Counted from the stretch's first letter, positions 13,320 through 27,127 are shown. The stretch is DNA of 64,000 bases from Octopus vulgaris (GCA_951406725.2 OX597817.1:132370001-132434000), one strand, 5' to 3'. Notes: generated by a model not told the origin, from the sequence alone. Translations and numbers: made by a program.

Positions 13320-13757
13320 GAAGCAGAAGTGGCTGTGTGGTAAGTAGCTTACCAACCACATGGTTCCGGGATCAGTCCCACTGCGTGGGACTTTGGGCAA
13401 GTGTCTCCTACTATAGCCTCGAGCCGACTAAAGCCTTATGAGTGGATTTGGTAGACGGAAACTGAAAGAAGCCTCTCGTATATATGTATATATATATATG
13501 TTTGTGTGTGTGTGTTTGTGTGTGTGTGTTTGTGTGTGTGTGTTTGTGTGTGTGTCTGTGCTTGTCTCCCCAATATCGCTTGACAACCGATGCTGGTGAG
13601 TTCAAGACCCCGTAAGCTAGCAGTTCGGCAAAAGAGACGGATAGAATAAGTACTAGGCTTCCAAAGAATAAGTCCTGGTTTTCGATTTGCCCGACTAAGT
13701 GCGGTGCTCCAGCATGGCCGCAGTCAAATGACTGAAACAAGTAAAAGAGAATAAAAG
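13320..13757 (+). mobile_element. SINE family A, near full length
   Basis: TGGCTGTGTGGTAAG A-box region, GGGATCAGTCCC B-box variant, internal microsatellite, tail GCGGTGCTCCAGCATGGCCGCAGTCAAATGACTGAAACAAGTAAAAG. Confidence 0.85.
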
Positions 13758-14273
13758 GGAATATGTATGTATGCATTCGTATGAGTCTCCATCTTCAGCA
13801 ATACGCACCTCATGAGTAATAATTACCTCAGTGGGCGTGTGGATAACATCTACACACACACACACACACACACGCACACACGCACACACGCACACGCACA
13901 CACGACACTACAAGGGTATTGGGATAATGATGATAGTTATCTCCAAATGTAATGGCGATGTTGAAGTTGTTTTCAGTGACCGTCATGTTCGCATAAACTG
14001 ATTTACTTTGACAAAAAGGAAAGAAAAAAAAACGAGAGCAACATCAAAACTCATCTAATTGCTGACCGAACACATAAAATGTTATTGGATGAGGCGTTTG
14101 AGGTCTGTATGGATGGTTTCATATTAAATGTTTTGCTCTTTATGGATTTGATATTCATCTTTCTTAGGACAGTCCATGTTGGCACATATCTATCGCATAT
14201 CAAATTTACAATTATATATTCTCTGTCATCTGATCTGATATGTGAGAAATATTACATATACACATTTATATGA

Positions 14274-14342
<69 letters not shown>

Positions 14343-14391
14343 TATAAACTTACACATGTATATATATATAAATATATAAACTTATACATAC

Positions 14392-14429
<38 letters not shown>

Positions 14430-14801
14430 CTATATATATGTATATATCTATATGTATGTATACACACACACACACACATATATATTTATGCATACACATA
14501 AGTGCAAACAAAAACATGCATATGTGATGTGTACATGTGTGCAAACTGAGATCGCTTTGTCTCTCCCTACCTCTCTTGCTCTATTAATATATATACATAT
14601 ATATACATAAATCTGAACATATATACATATATACATAGATACATTCATACATACATACATACATATATATACATATATATACATATATATATATATATAT
14701 ATCTTCATAAATTTGTGCATATATCTATCCATCCATTCATCAATCTATCCATTCCTCTATCTATCTATCTATATATCTATCTATCTATCTATCTATCTAT
14801 G

Positions 14802-14868
<67 letters not shown>

Positions 14869-14897
14869 GTATGTGTGTGTGTTTATATATATATATC

Positions 14898-14937
<40 letters not shown>

Positions 14938-15997
14938 GACAGCAGTCTGTGCGTATTGGTGCATATCTACGTTATGAAGACTTCCTCCCTCAAAAAACTA
15001 ATGGAAGAGAAGAAAAAAATGTGAAGATGGAGGAGCAATTCCTCATCAAGCTGTCGTCGTACAGTGACAGTTCTCTCTGCCCCAAACCGCAAATATATGC
15101 ACAGGCATGGGTAGGCATGGCCAGACGGTATTTTCACTATGCAAGAAGGGCAGTGCTATGACCTTTCTTGTTCTTCCCTGAATTCTGCGATTGATAATGG
15201 CGATTTAGCTTCCACGGATTGAAATAGAGTCAAGAATGCATCTTCGAGAGGTCTGAGAAGATGGAATCGTGAATGGGAAATTCAGGTGAGTGTGTCAAAT
15301 GGACACGAGTTATCGTGGGTTATAAGCATACATGCATACATATAAGCATACATGCAATCATGCATGCATACATATAAACGTGCATAAATGCATACATACG
15401 TAAATGCGTACATACACAGATGCATACATTCATACATATATATATATATATGTGTGTGTGTGTCTGTGTGTGCGTGCCTGTTTGTGTATATGCACATATA
15501 TACATACATAAACATGTATAGATACATAAGCACATACATACACACATGTATATATGCATCCATCTGTCTACCTATCTTTCTATATATCTATCTTTCTATC
15601 TGTCTACCGATCATGCTGTCTGTATGACTATCAGTATATATGTATATATATGTGTGTATGTGTATGTAAATATGTATATGTAAACATATTTATCTTTATA
15701 AGCACATATTTATATATGTATATATGCTGAACCTTCTGCTGAAATGATTTGCTTATGGATCGAATGTCCATCAGATCGACGTTGCCTGATCAGATGCATG
15801 GTGTGGCACGTATCAAGTGTTAAAGTTTCACAGGTAATACAGAAACCTGAAGACACTATGCACCTGCAATGTGAGCTGGACAAAATATACAAGTGTGCTG
15901 AAAAGAATAGCATGCAGTTCAATGCTGAAAAGTTTCAAGCTTTATGCTAGCAGCATTCAAAACTAAATGCAATACCCAATAAAAACACTGGACCTGG

Positions 15998-16690
15998 CAT
16001 ATCTTTCTCGCCTACGCTCTAAGGAATAGAGTCTTAATCTCTTTTCAGCACACTTGTATATTTTGTCCAGCTGACATTGCAGGTGCATAGTGTCTTCAGG
16101 TTTCTGTATTACCTGTGAAACTTTTGTATCATCTGCATAATGTGTGATCGTGGCTCTCTGCGTGGCTGAGGGCATATCTGAGAGGGCCATTATGAACAAT
16201 AGTGGTTCCAACAGTGCCTTGCAGAACACCGCTCACTATTTGCATGTTAATGGAGGTGGCCCCATTGGCTACTACCACCTGACTTCTATCCTTCAGAAAG
16301 TCATGAAGCCATTCTCCCAATTTTCCAACAATGCCAAGATCACGCAGTTTGTGACGTATCATTCCATGATCGACTTTATCAAAGGCTTTTGCAAAGTCGA
16401 GATATATGACTTCCACATTTGAGTGGTTGAGCAGTTGTTTCAGCACCCAGTCATAGTGTTGTAGGAGCTGAGTTAGGCAGCTTCTTCCTGGTCGGAAACC
16501 ATGTTGGGTGTCAGGCAGCAAGTTATTTTCTTCAAGGAAGGCGATTAGTTTCCTTCTGACTATTCGTTCCATGACCTTGCTGATGTGTGGGGTCAGAGAG
16601 ATAGGTCTGTAGTTCTTGGCCTCCGCTCTGCTACCTCCTTTATGAATAGGGCATATTTTACCTTCCGTAGCTGTTTCTTTGGCAAACTTG
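15998..16690 (-). pseudogene. LINE reverse transcriptase domain (frameshifted, deleted)
   Basis: QHGFRPGRSCLTQLL, YLDFAKAFDKVDH, SGVLQGT, YADDTK, then LYSLERRRERY. Confidence 0.92.
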
Positions 16691-16778
16691 TAGAAAGCTC
16701 TGGGGTTAGATTTTATGTTGTCTATAGCCCAGGCTTCTTTGTCTGCTCTTTTTTTTTTTCATGGGAGAGATGCAGACA

Positions 16779-17830
16779 TTATTCAATTTCCAACAGTTTT
16801 ATTTTCAGGCAGGACTTTTCACTGCTTTCAATTTGTTTGTTTAGGCGATTTGAAACTTTTGTACGCCGTCTCATAAGAATTTTCCTCTCTGGGGATTTTG
16901 TGCTTGTGTACAGTGGCCTTTCATATTTGTAGCATATGGCTTGCATTACAGACATGAATTGTTGAAGCTTCATGTTGATGTCTGGCGAGGAGAGACATTC
17001 AGGCCAGTTTTGTTTGAGGATCTCTTTCTCAATTTGTTTCCAGTTTGCCTTATGGAAGTTCAAGCTGGGAAGATTCTGAGAGTTTCTTGTAGACTGCATG
17101 TCCATGCTTTCCTTTGGCTCGTACATAGTCAACTCTACCATGTTGTGATCCGAGAGTAGTGTCGGTGTCACTTTCACATTATGGATGAGATCCATGTTAT
17201 TTGTGAAGCAGAGATCCAGTATGTTACCTGTCCTGGTTGGTTGGAGTATTATTTGCTCCATGTACAGAGTGTTGATGAGGTTCAGGAGGGACCTCACTTG
17301 CCCTCGTTCGCATCGTGTCATTCCTGGGAGAGAAAGGCCCTCGGGCCATCTGACATTGAGCAGATTGAAGTATCCCATAAGAAGCACACTTATGTGTTGT
17401 TCTAATGTGACTAGTACTTCTATTTTTGTAAGGCAGTCTTCAAACTTGCCTACATGGCTTGGAGCATCTGGAGGGCGATATGTAGCACATATAACTACAC
17501 CGAGTTGCCTTATATGTACAATTATTGTGTCACACACCGAATTTGAGTATGACAAAAGGATCTGGGGTGTGAGGTCCTCGCGGATGTACATAGCAACTCC
17601 AACATGACTCCTTTCTTTTCTGTCAGTTTCGTAACACAACATACTGTGGTATGTGTATTTCCGCATCTGCTACCTCCGGTTTCAGATGTGTTTCCGTAAG
17701 TGCTATACATAAGGCTGGATTGCATGCAACAAGGTATCTCAAGAAAGGGATTTTTGTCCTTTTACTGAGTGTTAGCAGTCCTCTGATGTTCAGTAGGAGC
17801 ATCGAGGTGATGTGTGTGTTGTTGCCAGTG
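16779..17830 (-). pseudogene. LINE ORF2 apurinic-like endonuclease domain and linker (frameshifted)
   Basis: LLNIRGL, IALTETHL, YRPP, LMGYFN (GDFN), ILDLCFT and LSDHNMV motifs across ORFs 17623-17946 and 16779-17666. Confidence 0.9.
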
Positions 17831-18644
17831 GTGACCACTTTGGGTCTATTTGCTGTAGCGGTCTTGTGTATTGTGGATAGTCCCATCTGTGAGTTTGAGC
17901 TTGATGGAGCCAGGTTAGCTGCTGTACAATATTTTGTGCCATGCACAAAATAGATTCTTGTTCAGCAGCTACCCTTTCAATAACATGTTGATGGTTTGTA
18001 ACACGCACTACATCTACGTACCTTCGTTTTGGGGCAGGTGGTGCGTAGTCCTTTCCTTTTCCTTTTGGCAGTTGGTTTCTGCCCTGTTTCATGTTTATGT
18101 GGCAGGGCCCTTGGTGTGCAAAACGGCAGCCTGCACCTTCCTCTCCATGCCAGCATACACCTTTCAGGTAGAATTTACACATTCGTGTGCGCTGTGTCTT
18201 TCTATCTCTTTTGGCATATGGATAGTCAGGTTTGCTTCTATTCTTGGCTATTTCATCCTTTGGTTTTGTTTGAGTTTTAGTTTTTCATTCTTTGGCTGTT
18301 TCATCTTTTATTTTTCTTTTAGCTTTTCCTTCTTTTTTGGCTCTTTCATCTCCATGGTTTTGGCTTTTGATGCTGATAGGGTCACTTGCACTTGGGTTTA
18401 CTTCCCGGGCAGGTTTCTCACTTGAATTTGCTTTGTTGTCCAGGGTGTCTACCAAGTGGGGGTGACATCTTTTATCAGCACCCGTGCCTCCATCCTTGTC
18501 ATCTTTGCTTTGTGCGTTGTCAAAGATGGCATCAAGCGTGCTGATGTGGGATCTTATGAGTACATATGAGCGTATAAACTCCTGCTTCTTTCGCTCTATC
18601 TGTGCTAACTTCCTTGTGTAACCATTGCTCTCCTCAGTTTCCAT
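17790..18644 (-). pseudogene. LINE ORF1-like region: charged/coiled N-terminus plus CCCH zinc finger
   Basis: ORFs 18285-18644 and 17790-18182; CKFYLKGVCWHGEEGAGCRFAH = C-x7-C-x8-C-x3-H. Confidence 0.65.
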
Positions 18645-18837
18645 TTACCAAATATATATATATATAATAGCAATAATAATAATAATAATATTAGGAGTAA
18701 ATCTAAACTTACAGGGGAAAATTAGATTTAGGATTAAATCAAATTTCACAGTATAAATATAAATTAAATTAGAGATAAAACCACTATTACGCAAATCAAA
18801 CTGTGAAAAACCTAAACCAAAATATAATCAAAATATT

Positions 18838-19256
18838 ATCAAAATAAGCAGCATGGATATCCAAAGTAGTGTAGTACAATCGTTTCATGCTACTTCATTT
18901 TATTAAACAATGTAAGTATTGCATCATTTTTAAAATGTAGAGCAATCTTCAGCCACGTATAGAATTGTTTAATTAAATAGACAAATGGAATAAGTATAAG
19001 AATGTACATTGCCTATTTAATTAAAACATTCTATATGTGGCTAAAGAGTGCTCTGCATTTTAAAACTGGTATAATACTTACATTGTTTAATTAGATGAAG
19101 TAGCATGAAACGATTGTACTACACTACCTTGGATATCCTTGTTGCTTATTTTGATTATAATCACCCCATTTGATATATATGGATAATACCATACCAAATT
19201 CTGGTGCCTTTAACTTAAGTACCATATTCATCTGAATCTAAATTTTGCTGAACTTA
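18838..19256 (+). mobile_element. Penelope-like inverted-pLTR element with an HHR motif in each arm
   Basis: Arms ~18838-18987 and ~19007-19154 are diverged reverse complements; unique tail 19155-19256 runs into (TA)n; tail motifs shared with the 21.6-23.1 kb element. Confidence 0.75.
18870..18957 (-). ncRNA. Type I hammerhead ribozyme with long stem II
   Basis: CGTGG-CTGAAGA-TTGCT...AGCAT-GAAAC-GATT-GTA-CTACA; plus-strand twin at 19036-19123 has CTAAAGA. Confidence 0.7.
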
Positions 19257-19304
19257 TATATATATATATATATATACATATTGTATAGATGTATATATAT
19301 ATAT

Positions 19305-19537
19305 ATATTTCTTTATTGCTCACAGGTGGTTAAGTACAGAGGGGACAAACAGGGACAGTCAAGGGGATTAAGTCGATTACATCGACCCCAGTGCATAACT
19401 GGTACTTATTTAATCGACCCCGAAAGGATGAAAGGGAAATTCGAACTTCTCGGAAGTTGAACTCACAATGTAGCGGCAGACGAAATACCGGTAAGCATTT
19501 CGCCCGGCGTGCTAACGACTCTACCAGTTCACCGCCC
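19305..19537 (-). mobile_element. SINE family B
   Basis: Homologous to 1455-1853. Confidence 0.75.
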
Positions 19538-20149
19538 TGTATATAGATATACATATACACACATACACACATACAAACACACACACATACACACACATAC
19601 ACACACACAAACACACAAACACACACACATACGCACACACACACCCATATATATACATATAAATAACGGACTCTCTTCAGTTTCCATTTACCAAATCCAC
19701 TCAGAAGGCTATGAGCCTTGGTCGGAACTGAACCCGGGACCATGTGGTTGGGAAGCAGACTTCTCACTACTCAGCTAAACCTGCTCCTAGTTGCAGCATC
19801 ATGTGTGAGAGCGTGTGGGTGCGTGTGTGTGTATGCGTGTGTCTGTGTGTGCGCGCGGTTGTGTGTGTGTTTGTATGTGTGAGAGGCGCGTGGCCTTGTG
19901 ATCAGAATGTTTCACCCAAAACCGCGAGATCGTGGTTTCAAATCTGAGACCGGATGGTCCGCTGCGATCATGAGCAACAATCTTCATTACACATTTCTCT
20001 GCGATCACTTCAACACTTGATACGTGCCACACCATGCATCTGATCAGGCAACGTCGATCTGATGGACATTCGATCCATAAGCAAATCATTTCAGCAGAAG
20101 GTTCAGCAAGAAATTGCTGAATCTTCTCCAGCGGACTGCGAGAGTCTAC

Positions 20150-20202
<53 letters not shown>

Positions 20203-20221
20203 AATAAATAAATATATATAT

Positions 20222-20253
<32 letters not shown>

Positions 20254-20255
<2 letters not shown>

Positions 20256-20560
20256 CACGTGATCACGTGACCGACCAGACCATCAGATGTTGTTACACAT
20301 CGCTGTCCACAATGCGTTCGCATTGTTTTAGCCTTCGAATGACGCCACCCCGCTGGCTAAGCGAGCAGGCCAACAAAAGAAAGAGTGGAAGAATGAGTGG
20401 TGAAATAGTACAACAGGGTTCACCACCCCCTGCCGGAGCATCGTGGAGCTTTTTAGGTGTTTTTGCTCTATAAACACTCACAACGCCCGGCCTGGGAATC
20501 GAAACCGCGATTCTATGACCGCGAGTTCGCTGCCCTAACTACTGGGCCATTGCGCCTCCA

Positions 20561-20561
<1 letters not shown>
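20254..20561 (-). mobile_element. tRNA-derived SINE family D, full length, in (TA)n
   Basis: GGAGGCGCAATGGCCCAGTAGTTAGGGCAGCG...GGTTTCGATTCCCAGG head; ends ...GGTCACGTGATCACGTGATA; second copy at 62062-62347. Confidence 0.85.
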
Positions 20562-20610
<49 letters not shown>

Positions 20611-21624
20611 CTGTATGTATGTCTGTATGTATGTATGTATGTATGTATGTATGTATGTATGTATGTGTTGGTGTGTGTCTTGTATTTGTATTTGTTCGGC
20701 ACCCCACCGTTAAACAACTGGTCTTAGTTTGATTGCGTCCTCGTAATGTAGCGGTTCAGCCAAAGTGTCCGAGGGAAATGCTTGTGTCGATTTTATTGTT
20801 GAATAAACATTTTGAGGATGTACTTCAGCATGGCCACAGTCCAATGATTTTAAAAAGTAAAAAATCGAAAAGAGAAACAAGAGATATTATATCTGTTGAA
20901 AAACTAAATGGAATGATCACGGCTGGAATGTCTCCGATCATGGTTCTATGAGGTTAGGCGTAATCTAGTGTTGAAACAGTGGCGATTTTTTTTAATAGCC
21001 TGCCTAGTAATACGACATCCATACCCGGATGTAACCTGGTTACCTGATTGATAGAAGTTGAAAAAGCTGCAAATTCTTTTCGGAATCCCGTTATTCTGGG
21101 AATTTTTAGATTATCGATCCCAGAAATCGATCAACGAAACAAATTTCAGCCTCTGTTCAGTTTGAAAAGTTGGAGGTTAATAGTTGATGGAAGTGCGTGG
21201 GTGAAAGGATGCTGATTGATGCCATTTTAGGAGAGAATGTCTTGGCACATTGATTAATAACGTGAAGTGAGAATGAGAGGAAAAGGAGGAGGCGGAGGAT
21301 GGGGGCGGGATGAGTGAGGTAATGGGAAGAAGAAGAAGAAGAAGAAGAAACGTTGTAAGTAATTTTGAGATGAGGCTGGGGACTGTTGCTCTTAAACTTG
21401 GTGATAAAGGAGTTTGAATAATGTGTGTGTGTTTGTATGTATATGTTTGCATATATAGCTAGCTAGCTAGATAGATAGATAAATAGATAGATAGACAGAT
21501 AGATAGATAGATATAGATATACATTCCTATATATATATATATATATACATACATATATGTATGTATAGATATATATGTATGTATATATGATATATATATA
21601 TATGATATATATATATACATATAT

Positions 21625-23221
<1,597 letters not shown>

Positions 23222-23847
23222 CACACATATGTATATCCATATATGCATATTTGTATGTAACGTGTTTAGCCATAAAATAGACGGATGTTGTTTCAAATTT
23301 ACTCTAGAACGATAATAATTTACTGATATCACACAGCGAATAATGTGTACTTTTCTTTTCTACCTCACGAGTACAGTATATGTTCGTGTACTCTGGTGAT
23401 CAATTTACAAGATTACTTGTTGATAGTAGTGCCATACCTATCCATATCGCAGGCTTTATAACTACCCACAACAATTTAATGAAACACATTTGAAAGTCGA
23501 TTCCCCCTTCAGGGGAGGCTGTATGTATTTTCAATATTGTCGTTATTGTAACATGTTCTGTCAGACTGGAACGTGAATATCTGATCGTTGTTGTTTTACT
23601 TTGGACGAGATAGGTTCATAACGAATACAATTCACTGGTGTCAGTGGACCTTGAGACTCCGTGGTGTTTCGAACTTGTGTGTCTCGTCAGGAAAAGCAGC
23701 CCCATCGGACTGATGAATCTCACAAGAACACGTTCACTTCTCTTTCTCTATCAGAAAAAGTATTAAGAATGATAAGATACAGCATCGCTTCGATTCCCGC
23801 TGTTTTACAAGTATCTCATAAAGAAGCGAATGTTTTACATACTCATT

Positions 23848-23898
<51 letters not shown>

Positions 23899-24019
23899 GT
23901 ATATATACACGTATATATATATATATGTATACATACATATATATAAATATATACACATATATATACATATATAAATACATATATATATATATACATATAT
24001 ATAAATAAATGCATTCATA

Positions 24020-24092
<73 letters not shown>

Positions 24093-24098
<6 letters not shown>

Positions 24099-24225
24099 TA
24101 TATAGAAGGAGCTTCTACAGGACTCTGTGTCCTGTAGAAGCTCCTTCTATATAATAAATTAATTTTACTCTGCTATGTATTGAGTACCTTACTTACTGTG
24201 GTTAACCCCGAATCAACCCGGGACC

Positions 24226-24230
<5 letters not shown>
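24093..24230 (+). repeat. Short (TA)n-flanked foldback (~30-bp arms) plus tail
   Basis: ATTTATTATATAGAAGGAGCTTCTACAGGAC-TCTGT-GTCCTGTAGAAGCTCCTTCTATATAATAAAT then a ~70-bp tail into (TA)n. Confidence 0.75.
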
Positions 24231-24269
<39 letters not shown>

Positions 24270-24277
<8 letters not shown>

Positions 24278-24537
24278 ATGTTACATTACTCGGTAGTCAA
24301 GATAAAACTCTGAGTTTCAGATGCCGAAGTGGAAATCCACAACACCATCTCTTCGGTTATCTGGCTATAGCCAGATAACCGAAGAGATGGTGTTGTGGAT
24401 TTCCACTTCGGCATCTGAAACTCAGAGTTTTATCTTGACTACCGAGTAATGTAACATATTGTATAGATAAATTTCCTCTATTTACATAATATTGAGGTCT
24501 CTTTCTTTCTTTTGTTATCTTACCGTTTTATCAATAT
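24270..24537 (+). mobile_element. Perfect ~195-bp spacerless palindrome plus tail; pLTR-like, HHR motif on both strands
   Basis: Centre CTGGCTA|TAGCCAG at 24367/24368; arms 24270-24465; tail to ~24537; (TA)n flanks. Confidence 0.85.
24373..24435 (+). ncRNA. Type I hammerhead motif (U4C)
   Basis: AGATAA-CCGAAGA-GATG...CATC-T-GAAAC-TCAGA-GTT-TTATCT; mirror at 24300-24362 on the minus strand. Confidence 0.65.
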
Positions 24538-24597
24538 ATATATATATATATATTTATCTATTTATTTACTTAATATTTCTTATTTCAATTATACGAC

Positions 24598-24810
24598 GGT
24601 GGAGATGGCAGAATCGTTAGCACGCCGGACAAAATGCTTCGCTTCATCTCACTCGTTTCAATGTCCTGAGTTCAAATTCTACCGAGATCAATTTGTCTTT
24701 CGGGGTCGATAAAATATGTACCAGTTGAGCACTGAGCTGGGGGGGGGGCGATGTAATCTGCGTGTCTCCTTGCCGAAACTACTGGCCCGTGCCGAAAGGT
24801 GAAACCAATA
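24598..24810 (+). mobile_element. SINE family B, diverged
   Basis: GGCAGAATCGTTAGCACGCCGGAC...TTTCGGGGTCGATAAAAT.TGTACCAG. Confidence 0.65.
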
Positions 24811-25257
24811 TCATCGTTTCTTATCTCGTTCGTTGCTTTCCAATTATTCAATTACTGATTCACAGAACATCTGAGGCAGATTGTCTCAGCAGCTGGAAAG
24901 AAACAAATGCATAATACGCATTCATATGTGAAATACCGGTGTTTTCACCTGCACGAACGCATCTCCAAGAATATGTTTGGAAACCATTCGTAAGAAGACG
25001 GCGAGCAACAACTAATAAGACAGGCTTCTTCGAATAATCATTTAGATATGATGGGAATTCTAAAAATCAAAACAAAAATAAAGATGAAATCAAATGAAAA
25101 GCTGCCCTGAGAATCAGGAAATGATCAACGCAAGATTTGAACGTTTGTTTGTGAGGAATAAGAGGGGAGAGAATTCCATAAGGCAAAATGTTGTAAGGAA
25201 AGAAACTAGTGGAGAGGTTATTTTTTTATTTATTTCAGACATATTGACATATATAGG

Positions 25258-25406
25258 ATGGACTTCTTTCAGTTTCCGTCTACCAAATCCACTCACGAGT
25301 CTTTGGTCGGCCCGAGGCTACAGTAGAAGACACTTGGCCAAGATGACACGCAGTGGGACTGAATCTGGAACCATGTGGTTGGGAAGCAACACAGCCACTC
25401 CTGCAC

Positions 25407-25408
<2 letters not shown>
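25258..25408 (-). mobile_element. SINE family A, 5' half
   Basis: Matches the family A head. Confidence 0.7.
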
Positions 25409-25496
<88 letters not shown>

Positions 25497-25519
25497 CTTT
25501 CTATCTCGCTCTTTATATA

Positions 25520-25640
25520 TATTATTCTTTAACATGAATAGTAACAACACTGACTTCAAAGTTTCGGCTGAGTCACAGTCTGCTGACGGCTGAAACTTTG
25601 AGGTCACTGTCAGTATTATTCATGTTAAAGAATATAAAAT
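25520..25640 (+). repeat. Foldback element with partial HHR-like motif
   Basis: TATTCTTTAACATGAATA...TATTCATGTTAAAGAATA arms; inside ACAGT-CTGCTGA-CGGCT-GAAAC-TTTGAG-GTC-ACTGT (25575-25610). Confidence 0.55.
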
Positions 25641-25689
25641 GAGCATAAAAACAAAGTTGAGCATGTACATACATACATACATACATACA

Positions 25690-25721
<32 letters not shown>

Positions 25722-26057
25722 CATAAATAAATCTACAGATACTCTATATAATTCATGTTCAGGTTTTTACATATAATTATTGGGGTCCTGGGATATGTAA
25801 CACACTACCTAAATAACAATCTCGAGAAATCAGGTTTCTTAAAACCAGACAAAAAAGAAACTAATTCTAAAACTGCAGATCAAATCCATCACTGGAACTG
25901 TAAAAATCTGTAAAACTTTCCAGAAGTTTATCATTTAAATATATATGAGTATGTCTAGATATGCAAATATATGCATGAGAATACATACATAAAACAAAAC
26001 ATACAAATCTGCACGTATGTTTACATACATACATATGTATGTATGTGTGTGTACACC

Positions 26058-26108
<51 letters not shown>

Positions 26109-26276
26109 GTATAGATATATATATTCATATATATATAAGTATATATATATATGTCTGTACATATACACATATATATATATATATATACATAGATATATGT
26201 ATATATGTATACATGTATATATGTATATGTGTGTATATATATATGTGTGTGTGTATATGTATAAATATATCTATAT

Positions 26277-26328
<52 letters not shown>

Positions 26329-26332
<4 letters not shown>

Positions 26333-26960
26333 AATGTAGGATAACATTTTTTCGAAAAAATAAATTTTATCAATGGCCAGCATATCAAAAAATACCTTTA
26401 AAGGTTAAATTTATAAATAACTTACAAAATAAGGGCAAAAGAAAAATTCTAATGCCAAATATGCCGAAAAAAAAGACAAAATTGTCAATAACAATTATAA
26501 TTTATGCGTATTTTTTAATATGCTGGCCATTGATAAAAATTTTTTTTTCGAAAAAATTTTATCCTACAATAGATGTAAATTTAATGATGTTCACTTCCGG
26601 ACTCTCTCACTCTGTGAAAACTTCTATTTCGAATAGCACGTGTTTCGAGATGTGCCGAAGATTTTCTATTTTGGATATATTTGGGGTACTTAGGTCTGCT
26701 CAGGACTTAGTGCTTGCTTTTTCCATGAGTATGAGTAAGTATTTCATTTATGTCTTACGTATTTATCGCCGAGGAGGAGAAAATTATTATGAATTGACTC
26801 TGAAATTGAGACCAATACGGTAATAACGGAATTTTTTAGAAATTTCTATCGGCTTGTTTCGAGACATTTGAATTATGATGGTTATTGACAATTTTTGTCT
26901 TTTTTTTCGGCATGTTTGGCATTAGAATTTTTCTTTTGCCCTTATTTTATAAGTTATATA
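26329..26960. repeat. (TA)n-flanked element with interleaved inverted repeats A-B-A'-spacer-B'
   Basis: A ~26329-26395 / A' ~26508-26574; B ~26417-26500 / B' ~26870-26957. Confidence 0.75.
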
Positions 26961-26991
26961 TAAATAATAAATACATATATTTATATATACA

Positions 26992-27127
26992 TGCTTGACC
27001 ACCGAATACTATCTCTGTTTATTTTCCCTTGTTCCTTTCTGTTGAAAAGTTTTCACTTCCCTGGACGTAAAACTAATACACATACATGTTCAAACACCTG
27101 TCTTCGTCTTTTGTTTTTCTATAAATA
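26992..27127 (+). mobile_element. pLTR-like fragment of the 54.9-kb family with the ribozyme deleted
   Basis: CTCTGTTTATTT...CCTTTCTGTTGAA|AAGTTTTCACTT...ACACCTGTCTTCGTCTTTTGTTTT matches the reverse of 54815-54985 minus GAGC..GCTCGAAACGT. Confidence 0.6.

Larger units (their letters stand above)
15821..18650 (-). mobile_element. Decayed CR1-group (CR1/L2/Crack-like) non-LTR retrotransposon, internally deleted and rearranged at its 3' end
   Basis: ORF1-like region, then APE motifs, then RT motifs in collinear order on the minus strand, with frameshifts. Confidence 0.9.

Noticed and set aside
13700-13750. SINE A tail hairpin followed by GAAAC-AA-GTA as a hammerhead
   Set aside because: No CUGANGA strand or stem I; better explained as the LINE-shared 3' stem-loop
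19945-20152. Transposase or gene fragment (ORF 19799-20155)
   Set aside because: No recognisable motif in the frames examined; reported only as donor of the templated insertion
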